From NCBI GenBank assembly GCA_964187785.1, contig OZ076409.1, positions 100,008,001 to 100,072,000 on the forward strand: DNA of 64,000 nucleotides, given 5' to 3'. This DNA is from Amphiscolops sp. MND2022. Lineage: Eukaryota. This document shows, in pieces, positions 11,401 through 23,320 of this stretch (positions are counted from its first letter, which is position 1; each line of letters starts with the position of its first letter). The position numbers and the translations under genes are program-made. The notes beneath the pieces are model-generated. The model was given only the letters and a program-made list of their open reading frames with translations, searched no databases and had not been told where the DNA came from.

Positions 11401-13694
11401 AATGGCACTTGTGCATGGACAATTTCAATCCTGCTTCTCTGATACATTGGAACGTTGCTCTTAAGTTGACGATAAGCTGGTTGGCATCTGTCGCTGCGAC
11501 ACCGATATCGTCCACATATTGAGCACATTGGTCTGCTTTTATAACACGATCCAGGTATTCCCTCATGAAACTGGAGAAGGCCGACAGGGCTCTACTGAGT
11601 CCTTGGGCCAATCTTCTATATGCAAATGTCCTGCTGGCGAAGTTGAAAGCTAGCATTTCAATCGATTTCTGGTCTGCCATAGGAAGGCAATGATAAGCTT
11701 GGGAACAGTCGAGTTTGCAAAAGAGCTTTTTGCCTGCCATATGTTGCGCTGCATCCGTCAAGGTGCTGACTGGGTGGTTGTTATTGATGTAGTCATCTGA
11801 AATCAGATTATTGATTTTCCGCAAATCCACCAACAGTCTCAGTTTTCCATTGGGTTTTTTCTGCGCAAATATTGGACTGGCGTACTTCGAGAATGGTAAT
11901 GTTGTTATAATGCCATATTTATGGAGTAATGCCAGTTCGACCAATATGTCCTCTTTGAGGTTGACCGGAGTAGGTAGGCTCTGACTGTAAGCAGGCGACT
12001 CGTCCTTTGGGGTCAGTTTGACCGTAAATTCCTCATTGACGCCAATGTCAAATCTATGACGTGCAAAGATGTCATGGAATTCCACTAATAGAGTTTCTAT
12101 TTGTCTGATTTCATGTTGTTGTAACATTGAGTCCTTCCAATCAAAGTTGCTGAGGAATTTTCGACGAGATTCCGCATCGTCGTGCGGGTTGAGTTGTTCT
12201 AAACTTTGCAGGTTTCGTAATTCTTTGAGAATTCTTTGTTGTATTGGGGTATGGGTCGTTTCGTCCCCTGGGTTTTCAGGCGTCGGGAACCAATATTGTT
12301 CGTATTGGTCATTATTTCTGTTAGCTTTAAGAAGGCTACTAATATAATAAATAGCGTCGTCTTCATTTTCATTCAGTAAGTGCCAGGTGGACACTGGGTC
12401 TATTGGCCTGACGTGTTTCATCTGTTCAGGGGTCATCACTGAAAAGTTTGCAATGTGCATCCCTTTCTTTATTTTATAGGGTTGATCAGTGAAATTGTTG
12501 ACGTGTATTCTCGTAGCCCCTTCATGTAGTGTGACTATGGCGGCACAGAAGGTTATGTCGCCTTCCTCGTGCAGAAGATCGCTGGGTTGCAATATGCCCG
12601 TAACTGCATTTTCTGCATAAATTTGTGATTGAATGGGTATGACCACATGGTCATTGGGCGGAATTGTGACATCCTCAGGATTGAGGATGGGTTCCAAACA
12701 TTTGAGTATTTATGGTCAGCCGTCTTGAGTTGCATCGAGAAGTAGGGAAAATTGAGTATACCTTGGCGCATGTCCAGGACAGTGTGGTTCCTTTGAAGGA
12801 ATATTAGTCCAATTATGGGGCTTGACAGTTTTTCCATTACAATGAAAATTTCGTGAAATTCTATGTCGCCCACTTCGAATTTTAGTTCGACTGTGCTCTT
12901 TGGGGTTTCTAAGTCTCCATTTGCGACCATTATTTGGAAGGATGGGGCAGGACCTTCTTTTACAATGGATTGAGGGGCCAACAGGCGTATTTTACTGAGG
13001 TCTGCCTCCGGGATTGCACTGGAGTGGGCTCCAGTGTCTATCAGGCCATCTAGAGTTAATTCCCCAAAGTCCATTGGGAAATAGAGCATTCGTCGTTTGA
13101 ATTTAAGTCCAAGGTTTGTTGAAAGGGGAACGTATGGTAATTCTCCTTCTTTGGTCACTAGGAGGTGTAAGAAGGCTGTCTCGTCTAAAAGACTATTAGG
13201 AGCCTTGTGGTCCTTCTGTGTGTGTATGGCGTCTACTTCTTGTATATTTGCCTCAAAGTTCGGCTGCCAAAGATCAATGAGGGCCCGAGACAGTGTGTTG
13301 TCTTCGATGTCTGGGTCGTCCTCGTCGTCAGTTGGAGGGTAATCTTCGTTTCGAAATTGTAAATTTGTTTTGTCATATAGTTCGTCGTCCCAGTACGGGT
13401 CTTTGCCATACTCGGGGTCATAGTATTGAGGGTTATAATCTTCGACAGTTTGTAAGGGTCTAAATTGAGTTTCGGAGTCGTTGTAATTGCTATTCCGTCG
13501 ATATAGGTATGGGTGATCACTGTGAATGATATATTGAGTTTCTTTGCGGGCGTCGGCCATCTGCTGCTGCCAGACAGTCGATGGCATCCCTGTGGTGTCG
13601 TTTTGAGTTTGTTTATATGTAATGTTTGCAGGGTCAGATATGACGTACTGTTGTACTGACATCTTGTTGCATATTTGGAGTCGTGGCGAAATTA
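8498..13694 (-). CDS. pol: Pol of element A (protease, dUTPase-like spacer, RT, RNase H, integrase); one 1-nt frameshift near 12697
   Basis: LIDTGA protease motif; YVDD RT; LMTDAS and TDNK RNase H; H-x4-H...CETC and IDLL/ITDKG/LER integrase motifs; W-x-GPF motif. ORFs 12553-13662 and 8498-12697 join as YSNV-LEPIL if one T is restored. Confidence 0.93.
8665..8872. repeat. 96-bp in-frame tandem duplication (32 aa) in the Pol C-terminal tail
   Basis: TGACGTCATT units start at 8665, 8761, 8857; protein repeat NDVNENEIRPRPASSRDASSPPHE. Confidence 0.92.
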
Positions 13695-15395
13695 GTTTTT
13701 TGAGTCCGTTTTACGTGAGTTTGATTGGCTTGAAGATGCAGTTTCAGGGTTAGTTGACTTTTTGGACGATTTTTCATCGCTAGAGGTGTCATCAGCCTTA
13801 TCCTCAGGACGTGTCTTTTTGGGTCGTAAATGTGCTCCGGCCCCTTTCCAGCATCTTTCAACAGGGTGATTTTTCTTTCCGCAAGTAGGGCATTCTGGGT
13901 ATGTAGGACGTTGGGGCTTTTTGCCATTTTTGTCCTCCAGTTCCTTCTTCTTCTTCAATTTAGGGCAGCTCTTATAGAAGTGGCCTGTGGCTTTACAATA
14001 AGAGCATTGTGCGTCCTTTTTAGTATTTATGCCATTAGAGAGCAAATTGTTGTTACTGGTGGACGCAGAGGCCATTGTAGCGATTGGCAAATCGTCTGAC
14101 TCTTCTAATGCGTTGAGTTCAAGCTCTCTTTCAAGATGAGCGACGATTTCTTCATATGTCCCGTTCTCCAGGCGGGCCATATTGACAGATCGTTTCAATT
14201 TTGGAGGCAGTTTTGCGTATAATAAGCTGTCGATCATGCTCTTTGCATTTTCGCCGAAAGCTTTTTCTGCCCCCTGGTTCAGTTCTTCCAAGAAGTCCGG
14301 CAATTTCATGGTATTCGGATCGAAAGTCAGCCGATGCCATTTGTGTTTTGCCGTTGCTTGGGATTCCGGTTTGACGTATTTTCTCCGGAATATGATTAGC
14401 ACATCCTCGAGTGTTTGGCGGTTAATTGAGTTTATGTTCCTGAAGGTCTGCAGGGCCCCTTTTCTGAGCAATGAGTGAAAATGGTTTATTTTCATTTGCT
14501 CTGTCATGGCCGGTTGCATTTTGATCATTGTGTGGAACAAATCTTCAAAGAGTTCGAATTTCTCACTCTTTCCGTCAAACGTCATAGGTGTCGTTTGGAC
14601 AGGTCGGATGGTCATCGTTTGGGGTTTATTTTGCAAATTGACTAGTACATCAGCCAATCTATTGAGCGGGTCCTGAGGCGGTTCTGTGACCTCTGGTTCT
14701 GGCGCTGGCAGAGTGGTGTCCAAAGAGACATTGTGGTTAGATTGCTGTCTCTCTAGGTTCGGGATTGACTGAATTCGTCCAGTGAGAAATTCAGGTATAG
14801 GCTGTTGGGCTTCGTTAGCTCCTGTCACCATGTAAGAGCCACGTCCCGTGGTGTCTCTCAAATCACCAACGGACCGCGAGTCCTTTTTCAACAATTTTGT
14901 TTTCAAGCCGGATGGATTTTCCCTATTTTCCTGACTGCTAGGGGACATACTAGCCTCAGTGTCCCTGTTCCCAGAGGAAGACATTGAACTCACAATATTT
15001 TGAATCTCTGGTAGCACCTTTTCTGATATGGCAGTACTGATTGCCCTATTTATTTGACTATGTACCATGGCCATCATGGAATCCATTTCTTGAGACAGTC
15101 TGAGATTAAATTCATTTGAGAAAGTTTCAAAAGACTGCCTAACATCGTTCTGCCTGTATTCGCTATTCTCATGGGAGAAGTTTCTATATTCATCCCTTTG
15201 GTACAGATTAGCCTCACTGTCACTACGAACTGAAGATTGTTCAATTGCTTCAGTTAATTCTCTCTCTATGGGATTTTCACTCCCATTACCTATTATTACG
15301 TCCAAGTTGTCCATGTCGGACATCATGTCCATTTCTCTAGACTTTCTAGTTTTTGCCTTTTGACGTCTCGTAGAAGGCATGAGAGATTGTTGCAA
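13692..15395 (-). CDS. gag: Gag of element A (567 aa; two CCHC knuckles), starting inside the 5' LTR
   Basis: CSYCKATGHFYKSC and CPTCGKKNHPVERC knuckles; capsid-like TFDGKSEKFELFEDLF segment. Confidence 0.92.
   Translation of the reverse strand: MQQSLMPSTRRQKAKTRKSREMDMMSDMDNLDVIIGNGSENPIERELTEAIEQSSVRSDSEANLYQRDEYRNFSHENSEYRQNDVRQSFETFSNEFNLRLSQEMDSMMAMVHSQINRAISTAISEKVLPEIQNIVSSMSSSGNRDTEASMSPSSQENRENPSGLKTKLLKKDSRSVGDLRDTTGRGSYMVTGANEAQQPIPEFLTGRIQSIPNLERQQSNHNVSLDTTLPAPEPEVTEPPQDPLNRLADVLVNLQNKPQTMTIRPVQTTPMTFDGKSEKFELFEDLFHTMIKMQPAMTEQMKINHFHSLLRKGALQTFRNINSINRQTLEDVLIIFRRKYVKPESQATAKHKWHRLTFDPNTMKLPDFLEELNQGAEKAFGENAKSMIDSLLYAKLPPKLKRSVNMARLENGTYEEIVAHLERELELNALEESDDLPIATMASASTSNNNLLSNGINTKKDAQCSYCKATGHFYKSCPKLKKKKELEDKNGKKPQRPTYPECPTCGKKNHPVERCWKGAGAHLRPKKTRPEDKADDTSSDEKSSKKSTNPETASSSQSNSRKTDSKN
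13695..13701 (-). promoter_or_regulatory. -1 ribosomal frameshift slippery site A AAA AAC at the gag/pol junction
   Basis: Minus strand TCA AAA AAC TAA; the -1 frame continues LISPRLQICNKMSVQQ into the protease ORF. Confidence 0.8.
14813..14830 (-). promoter_or_regulatory. Putative primer-binding site of element A (TGGTGACAGGAG...)
   Basis: TGG directly abutting the 5' LTR end (complement of tRNA CCA); cognate tRNA not identified. Confidence 0.65.
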
Positions 15396-16574
15396 GAGGA
15401 AAGAATTTAAATTGAAATCTTTAAGCTTGCAAATGAAAATTGTATTCGGTATTATAACAGCGAACTTGACTGTGACTATTCGTATGAAGATTATGACCCC
15501 AGGACCACGGGTCCCGGTTATTTATAATCAACTAAGCATGACATGCACAAAAGTGGTAGTCATCAGTCTAATTTTAGCAACAGGTATTCTAAAAATAGAC
15601 ACAACATACAACGTGTCTTTACAAATATATTATCGTAATACTAAAAATAGCAACAGGTATGACGTAATTGATTTACGTGCTCCTACATATATGAAGTAGT
15701 TACGTTCAAAGATGTACATGTGCCCCTTCAGGACATCCAATTAAGTTTCAGTAGCAACACTTCATGTAAAACAGTACATACTATCATATGAAATAAATAC
15801 ATGCAAAGGTGGTATGTGAACATTGAACTGTCCTTTATGGCCTTTTAAGATACAAACAACTCGTCTTGACTTTCTATCCAGAAAGTTCTGGAAAATAAGA
15901 GAATACAAAAGAGGGGGGGGGAAAGGACTAATGGTCCTTTTGTGAACAAGGTGACAGATCTCTAATCAGAGTAAATATACCGCTTCTGAGATAGTACATT
16001 ATCAATTTCAATATACGCACTTCTTTTATTCTACTTTGGACTCAGTGTCCACGCGTCCCTATTTATTACAAGAGTAGCGTCGTTGTGGTGGCTTGTGGCC
16101 CTTGAGCCCTTTAATTTAGAATACAGCACAGGAGCGAGCAAATGAACAATGCACTGTGATTGGTTGAGAAATTGGACGGACAGCGCGTCTAGCGAGACAG
16201 GAAAGGAAACATTTGAACTCGTTTCCTTTACCTGTACGCCTTGGTGTCCAATTTCTCAGCCGTGGTATATATCTATCACTGTTATACATGTATTAATACA
16301 CTATATTCAATTTTCAACTACATACTTTACATGGCTAATTCCGGATAATTATTCCAAAGCGTTTCAAACTTCATTAATATAAAAGCCCCGAATAAAATGA
16401 TATATTAACATAAACATATGCGAAATCAATCACAATAAAATAAGTCTATAGTTTGTCTTCTTAGACTTTTGGACTAATAGTCCATTTCTCAGTTCATCGG
16501 GAGGGTACCAGGGAGAGTATTGTAGTTGTAGCCGACTGAGTACCAATTGCCATCGCAGGCGGCAGCCCGCGACA
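14831..16574 (-). repeat. 5' LTR of element A (1744 bp)
   Basis: Direct repeat of 501-2243; followed on the minus strand by the PBS-like TGG. Confidence 0.95.
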
Positions 16575-17049
16575 GTATGGTATCCACAGATTTCAGCTAC
16601 TTAGCATACTTAAAACATATATCTGAAGTTTTGTTCAAACGGAAAAAAACGAACCAAAATGAAGCTAAAATGAACCCAAAATACCCATTTAAAATCGGTT
16701 GTTTTGTCCCGCATCCCTACTCATCACAGTGTGTAACCGCTTTTCTTTGTTCAAAATTTTGAGCAGTGCAATAGACAAACAACGCTCTTAATTCTGTCTG
16801 AAACCTTGAGCTGGGGATAAAAATAAGCCCTTGTTTTGTAGCATACAAAGCCGTAATCAGTGATTTAGTAATTGAAATTTTTACCTAAAATGATGCTTGT
16901 CTTATCATTCTTCGACTGTAAGAAACCATTGTTGAAATTGCGTGAGCGTTTTGTATAATCGTCAAGATTACCAACAACTTTTAATATGATTTTCCAAAAT
17001 TCTTTCAGAAACTTTCGTGTGGGAATAACTCCCTGTAGTACTCGACATT

Positions 17050-18000
17050 TAGCGAGCTGCTTGAAAGAAGCATCCAAAATGTGACGGTCAATATAAGACT
17101 TGAAATTTTGCAGGTTTCATAAAGAAACAATTCTGTTTTCAAACGAAAATACGAGTTTTCAGTTTTACCGCTATTTTGAGGCGATTTGACTCCATTCCCA
17201 ATATGAAGTGCAAATCAGCGTCATTATCAGAACGCTATTTGCGAAGCGGTGATTACATCAAATGAGTAGTCGGGAAATCAATTTTGAAAGTTCGAATACA
17301 ACAAGATCGTGTCAATAACGAAGTGGAAATTGGTTTCGATTTTAAATTCGTTTTTCTAAAATTTTACACTGCAGTATATTCTTCAAGATTCGTCACCGGA
17401 ACTTTGCTGAATTTTTTATGTTTCGTGAAAGAAACTACCATGCAGAGGCCTGTGGCATGTAAAAAGTTCCTGCAATTCAGATTTGATCATGCAAGACATG
17501 CATGATCAGGAATGTAAACCTTGTTGAAAAAAACACATTTGCTTTGTTACTGCCCTAGTTGAGACTGCTGGAACTTTTTACATGCTGCAGGCCTGCATGC
17601 AGAGTAATTTTTTATAAAACCTAGAAAATTCAGTAAGGTGGTAAATTTTGTAGAATTACACTGCAATTTCCACGACTACAATTAAATTTTAAAATAATTC
17701 CCACTTCTTTTACGGACACGATCACGTTGTATTCACACATGGATTTCTCAAATACTCATCTGATTTAATCACCGCTTCTCAAATAGGACGCTGAAGATGA
17801 CGCTAGTTTCCTGTTTAAATTGTGTATGAAGTTAATTTGCATTAAAATGGCGGCAAAATTTTTGACCTCTCAGCTGCATTTAAAATTAAAACTGATGCAT
17901 ATTGAAACTTGCAGAACTTCGCGGCTTGAAATTGCCGCCAAAACTTTGATGATTTTTTTAAAGCAGCTTGATAAAAGTTGGCGACAACAATGAAATATTA
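17050..18000. repeat. Long imperfect inverted repeat (foldback/MITE-like), centre ~17520; related fragments at ~20440-20760 and ~62050-62340
   Basis: GGCATGTAAAAAGTTCC (~17455) vs GGAACTTTTTACATGC (~17570); GAAGCGGTGATTA (~17243) vs TAATCACCGCTTC (~17766); outer boundaries approximate. Confidence 0.7.
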
Positions 18001-18951
18001 AGGCGTTAAAGTTTCCGTAAGATATTTTGCAAATCATAATAAAAAATGCTGGCAACATTAAAGTACATGTAAAAAGTTCAAGCATGCTCAACAAGGGTGG
18101 CCAACGATAAATATATTTATTATCCAATAATGTGTGGTCCAAAAGTATATTGCTAGAACAAAGAGTTTACTTGTACATTTTTTGAGGATCTCTTTCACTA
18201 CGTGCCCTACAGCAAAAAGGGGAACAAAATGAAACACTGTTAAATACATGTATTGCTTGTTTTAAAAGCGCAGGTCTGCTCTCATTTAACAACGCTTCTG
18301 ATTAGCTGAGTGGGGATTTTGAAAATAAGAGCCAAAAAAACTATCGGTATTTATGACGAGATCACTTGATTGACAGAAAAAACATAGGAGATTAGCATAA
18401 AAGCAGATGAATATAACTGAGCCGTAAACATTCTTTTTCTCTAGGGGACATAGTGTAACGAGTGATATAGGGGGGAACATAGCGAAAGAGATCCGTTTTT
18501 GGACTGCATTTACCTAATATTGATTTTTGTTAACAAACAAGAAAATCCATTTTCAAAATGAACAAGTAGAGTTCTTTTTCAATAGTCCCGAATTAGCTGG
18601 ATACATGCTTCAATAACAAAACCAAACATTGAAGGTAATTACACTTACTGTATGGATTTTCCAACGCGTCCAGAAACTGCAACTACTCAATTGGTTAATA
18701 CCTTAAATTGATTATCAAAGTACAATGACATGAAACACAAATACCATTAACAAAAAATAAACACCATGTATTGTACAAAATGAAAAACAAACATCTTTCT
18801 TTAATTTTTGTCAATGTATTCAATTACATTTTTTCTTCCCTGTCTGTGAATATAAACACATTCTTTTTTCTTGAGAATTCAAGGCGCTAGGAAACTTCAC
18901 CACAATAAAGATTGGGTTTAGCCAAACGTTTAAAAAATGCTTCTCAACAAA

Positions 18952-20137
18952 CCCAGTGTAAAAACTCTTGCAACTCTTGATAAGAATCTTGGATATTCCT
19001 GGATTTCTTGGTAAGAATCTTGCCAAGATTCTTGCCAAGAAATACACGAATTTGCAAGATCGTGCCAAGAAATTCAAGAGATGAACTGACAAAAGTGAAT
19101 GAAAAGAAACAACAAGCCGGGACCGGCCCAAGTCGGTGCCATATCCAAGGCTCAAAAATAGCAAAAAGACTTCCAAGTGTCAAGTATTCTTTTACAGTAG
19201 TCGAAAATCGAAAACTTTTCGATTTTTTTTTGAAAAAAATTACATACTAAAAAAATGGACCAAGTGGCGCGCCGGGGCTCGCTAGCGCGAGCCCCTGGCG
19301 CGCTAACGTCTCACAATGCCGAAAAACTGAAAGGGGGACCCTTTGAGGTTTTTCAACATCCATTCTGTCGCAAAACATGAAAAAATTGAAGAAAAATATT
19401 TTTTTTTATTTTCTGGAAAAAATCTCACAATGCCGAAAAAAACTGGAAGGAGGAACCCTTTGGGATTTTTCCAACATCCATTCTGTCGCAAAACATCAAA
19501 AAAAAGCAGGGGGGACTCTTTGAGGAAAAAAATTTCGAAAAAAAATGTCTCGCAGTGCCGAAAAAAATTGAAAGGGGGGACTCTATGGTCTCGCCCGGTA
19601 AGGTATGTTACGCGGAAAAACAGGTAAAACCATTTTGGTCCAGTTCGCTAGGCCAAATGGTGCAATTTGACACCATAATATTTTGTAGAACTTTCAAGAA
19701 CTATTTTGGTCAGTTCGTGTGGATAGAAAAAAAACAGTCACTATAATAGTCGCGTTTCACTTCATGAAGCGCCGACTAAAAATCGACGCCAACTGCAGCT
19801 TGATCAGCGTATCTATTATGCCGCAGCTTTTCGCGCTACCAACCAAGCTATCACATTCTGAAATTCACTACTTTGTGTTGTCCTATATCCAATACTTCAA
19901 AGAATGATAGTGTAGCTGGTAGTGCGAACAACAGCAAAGTACTTGTAAACAAAATTGCTGTTTGTTTTACAACATGTTCATTCTCTTGACACTCTTGATA
20001 GGACTCTTACCAAGAATACCATCAAGAACTTCAAGAGGTTTCTGTTAAGCAGGAATAAACAAGATCTTACCAAGACTTTCAAGAATAAACAGGAATATGT
20101 GAGAATATGCAAGACTTTCAAGAGTTTTTACACTGGG
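18952..20137. mobile_element. Non-autonomous TIR element (MITE) with 19-bp TIRs, interrupted by a HINE-like insertion
   Basis: CCCAGTGTAAAAACTCTTG ... CAAGAGTTTTTACACTGGG; AA on both flanks (possible 2-bp TSD); subterminal TCTTG/CAAGA repeats. Confidence 0.8.
19112..19779 (-). mobile_element. DINE-1/HINE-like non-autonomous Helentron, copy 1
   Basis: Subterminal inverted repeat AGTCGGYGC/GCGCCGACT, terminal stem-loop GCCGG-GA-CCGGC, internal AAAGGGGGACCC repeats. Confidence 0.75.
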
Positions 20138-21202
20138 AATATTTTCCCGAATTTAACATTTTTTGGTTGTAAGCGAAGTAGAGAATATACTGGAAACTGT
20201 TGATGAAATTGTTAAATCAATCTTTGTTTAGAAGGCATTGTAAGCATAAAACCCATCGGCAGTCTGGGTGTATCCTTTTATGACAGTCGTGATTTGACTG
20301 ATGAAGTGAAACCCTGGTGGATCTGCTTGAACTTTTCACAAGTTGTTGTAGGTTAAAAAGTTTTTTTCACTAATTTATAAAATTCTCAAGGAAACGTCCA
20401 TGCATTGAAACTTCACTGATGCAATTTGAATTCATCAAGCTTCCTATAAGATGCATCCCAAATTTGGCGGCAATTCCGAACCGCGAAGTCTTGCAGGTTT
20501 CATGAAGACGCTGTTCTAATTTTCAGACCTTCATCAATTTTACCGCTGTTTCAATGCAAATAATTTTCAGTAACATTATAGGTGTAAAAGTAGCGTCATA
20601 TTCAGCGTACTACTTGACTAACAGTGATTACATAAGGTACGTACTTGAGGAATTTACATTTGAAAACAAAGTGATCACGATGGTGAAGAAGTGGAAATGT
20701 TTTCAGTTTTAACTCAAATAGTGGAAGCCGCATTATAAGCCTACAAAATTCTATATATTTTATCAAATATTAGCATGCATTTTATTCATGTGCTTACAAA
20801 ATTTCACGGCTAGGGAAGATATTGACAGAAACAAGACGGCCGCTATGCACCGGGATATTTTCCACCTTCGATAGACGCTCAATCGAAAGTTTACCTCCTC
20901 CTTGGTAAAAGGCAATATAGTTCGGATTTAAAGTAAAAACTCGAAAATAGAGCAATATATTCGAAGCTCCGCTTCCTCCTTAATAAAACGCAATTTGCCT
21001 CATACATAACGTTAGAAGTTCGAATAAAGCGTGCTGGGACAAATGGCGGCTATTTTTCTAAGCACCAGGATAATAAATAAAAAGTGGAGATTTGGCAAAA
21101 GTGGGAAAAAAGGCAACACAGGTTATGTATGATTTCCCTCCTCCATACACAAATAAATTTGTGGGGGCCGCAAAATAACCAGGAATTACAACGTTTCACT
21201 TG

Positions 21203-21679
21203 TTAGTCGGCGCTTTTCGTAAGAAAAGAGCCCGACTATTACAGTCACTCGTTTTTTTTTCTTTTTTTAAGACAGACTCGAAGCGACGAACGTTAACGTT
21301 CAACTAAAGGAAACTAAATACCAGGGAAACGCATGTATATTATTCCAAAGGATCCCCCTTTGGTTTTTTACTTTTTAAACGTTACCTACAAGCCCGGACG
21401 GGACTAAAGGGTCCCCCTTTCGATTTTTTTTCGGCACTGTGCGACTCTTTTCGAAATTTTTTCAATGTCCCCAAAGGTTCCCTCCTTTGAGTTTTTTGTT
21501 ATTTTGCTACAGAATGCGTGTTTATAAATCAAAAAGGGTCCCCCTTTCACATTTTTCGGCACTGTGCAACATTTTCCGAAAGAAAATGTTTTTTCAAAAA
21601 TTTCAAGTTTTTTCCCAAAAAAAATGTTTTGCGCTTTTTGAGCCTTAGATATAGCGCCGACTTGAGACGTTCCCGTCTT
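21203..21679 (+). mobile_element. DINE-1/HINE-like element, copy 2
   Basis: 5' TTAGTCGGCGC with nearby partial IR GCCCGACT; 3' GCGCCGACT then hairpin AGACG-TTCC-CGTCT. Confidence 0.78.
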
Positions 21680-23320
21680 AATTAAACAACTACGTTTACG
21701 AACATTATTCACTAATTTACTTAGAATACTTATACTTATAAGTATTGAATTATATATATATATATATATATAATTTTGTATACTTACCATTGTTACGAAT
21801 GTTGCTTTGTCGGTAGAATCTTTGTAATATCAGAAATGTAACATTGTTTCAAAACTGTGAAAAGATTCCGGCTCAAAAAATAGTTGTTAAAAATTTTGAG
21901 CATAGAATTTTGGAAACAAAAAATAGAACGCCCGCTCTTGAAATTGTCGTTATACTAAATGCATAATTTGGCTTCTACGGCAGATATATGGAACGTAACA
22001 GAATGGAATGATTAACGGCAAAATACAACAATAGTTAAACTCCGGAGATTTCTGATAGCTTTTTTCTCATAATCACTAATCACTTGAGCTTTTCAGCCAC
22101 ACTAGACGATCTGACAGCAAAGAGAATTTGGAAAAAAATAATCTACACTTTCGATTGAGGTCAAGCATTGTTCAAAAACAGAGTTCATTTGATCCATTTT
22201 GAGCGTTTTATGGATTTTGTCAGCATTTTGCCGCATTAGTGAATGGCCATTACATTTTCCAGCAAGGTGGATGGTTTTGCGGTCATTGATTTCAAAGATT
22301 GGTTGGTAAATATGACCAGTTTCCGAGAACTAAAAAAAAGAAACAGAGAACTGAAACGTGCGCAATGTAAAAAAAATATGATAGGGGTTCATCTTCTAAC
22401 TCAATTTGGGTTTGGAACGACCATTGATTTATAACGAATTGGTTGCAAAATGAAACTTGAGGTTTCGCCATTTTTTGAGAAAAAAACAGGGTTTTAGTTT
22501 CATATTCAGTTTTACCTGATACCAAAAGAACTATTCAACATAAAAATCAAGAACAAAATTTTTGTGTTTGCATTAAATTTTTTTTTCATCATCTCGGAAG
22601 AAGAAAAATGTTATGCTTTCACAAGAAAAAGCAAACAAATATATTTTTAACCAAATCTAAAACTTTTGTAATTACAAGCCATTATGTTTCACCAAAACCG
22701 CGAAGTCTGGAGAAAAATTAGAGAAGCTCAAATTGATAGGTCCACTTACGGAGACTAGTGGAGAAACTCTATTCAGTTTAGTAAAAACAAAACAGCCAAT
22801 CAAAATTCACTTCAATGATCATTTTTGCGGATGAAAATCGAATCCCCAAACTCATGAACAAAACACTGCATGGGTTTGAAGTTTCGTTCTGTCGGAAAGA
22901 TTTTAGAAATTCGACTCAATTCAAATCTAACGCATTTTATGGGTTAGAAAATTAATTGCGATAAACAACCAATAGCGTTTGCAGAATTCAATTCAAAAAC
23001 GTGAAAACTTTCCAAGAAAAACTTGAAAAATCTCCACCGATACGTTTGGTATTCTTGTCAATTCCAGACAATTGTCTAGCTAAAGGTCATTGATATTAGA
23101 CGATCAGTCTGCATTCGACAGAAAGTTGTAGACAAACAACCGGTACCAATGCCAAAGGCCATTCAGAATTAACAGATTCAGAAATGCTATTTATAGTGAT
23201 ATAAAGAATCATCTTCATTCTGCATATCAATGATTTCAACAAGACGTTACCAAATGGCAAAGAAATCAAGATCTACCAGTTTACCATACTGCTTTCAGCA
23301 GCAGTTCCCTTTTAAAACTA

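Larger units (their letters stand above)
501..16574 (-). mobile_element. Full-length Ty3/Gypsy LTR retrotransposon A (~16.1 kb) with accessory genes
   Basis: Near-identical direct repeats 501-2243 and 14831-16574, both TG...CA; 5-bp TSD GTATG at 496-500 and 16575-16579; gag, PR, RT, RH, IN order on the minus strand. Confidence 0.97.

Noticed and set aside
19300..19600. Repeated AAAGGGGGACCC/ATGCCGAAAAA units resembling a CRISPR-like array
   Set aside because: Degenerate internal repeats of the HINE-like family with no unique regular spacers, in a eukaryotic context.
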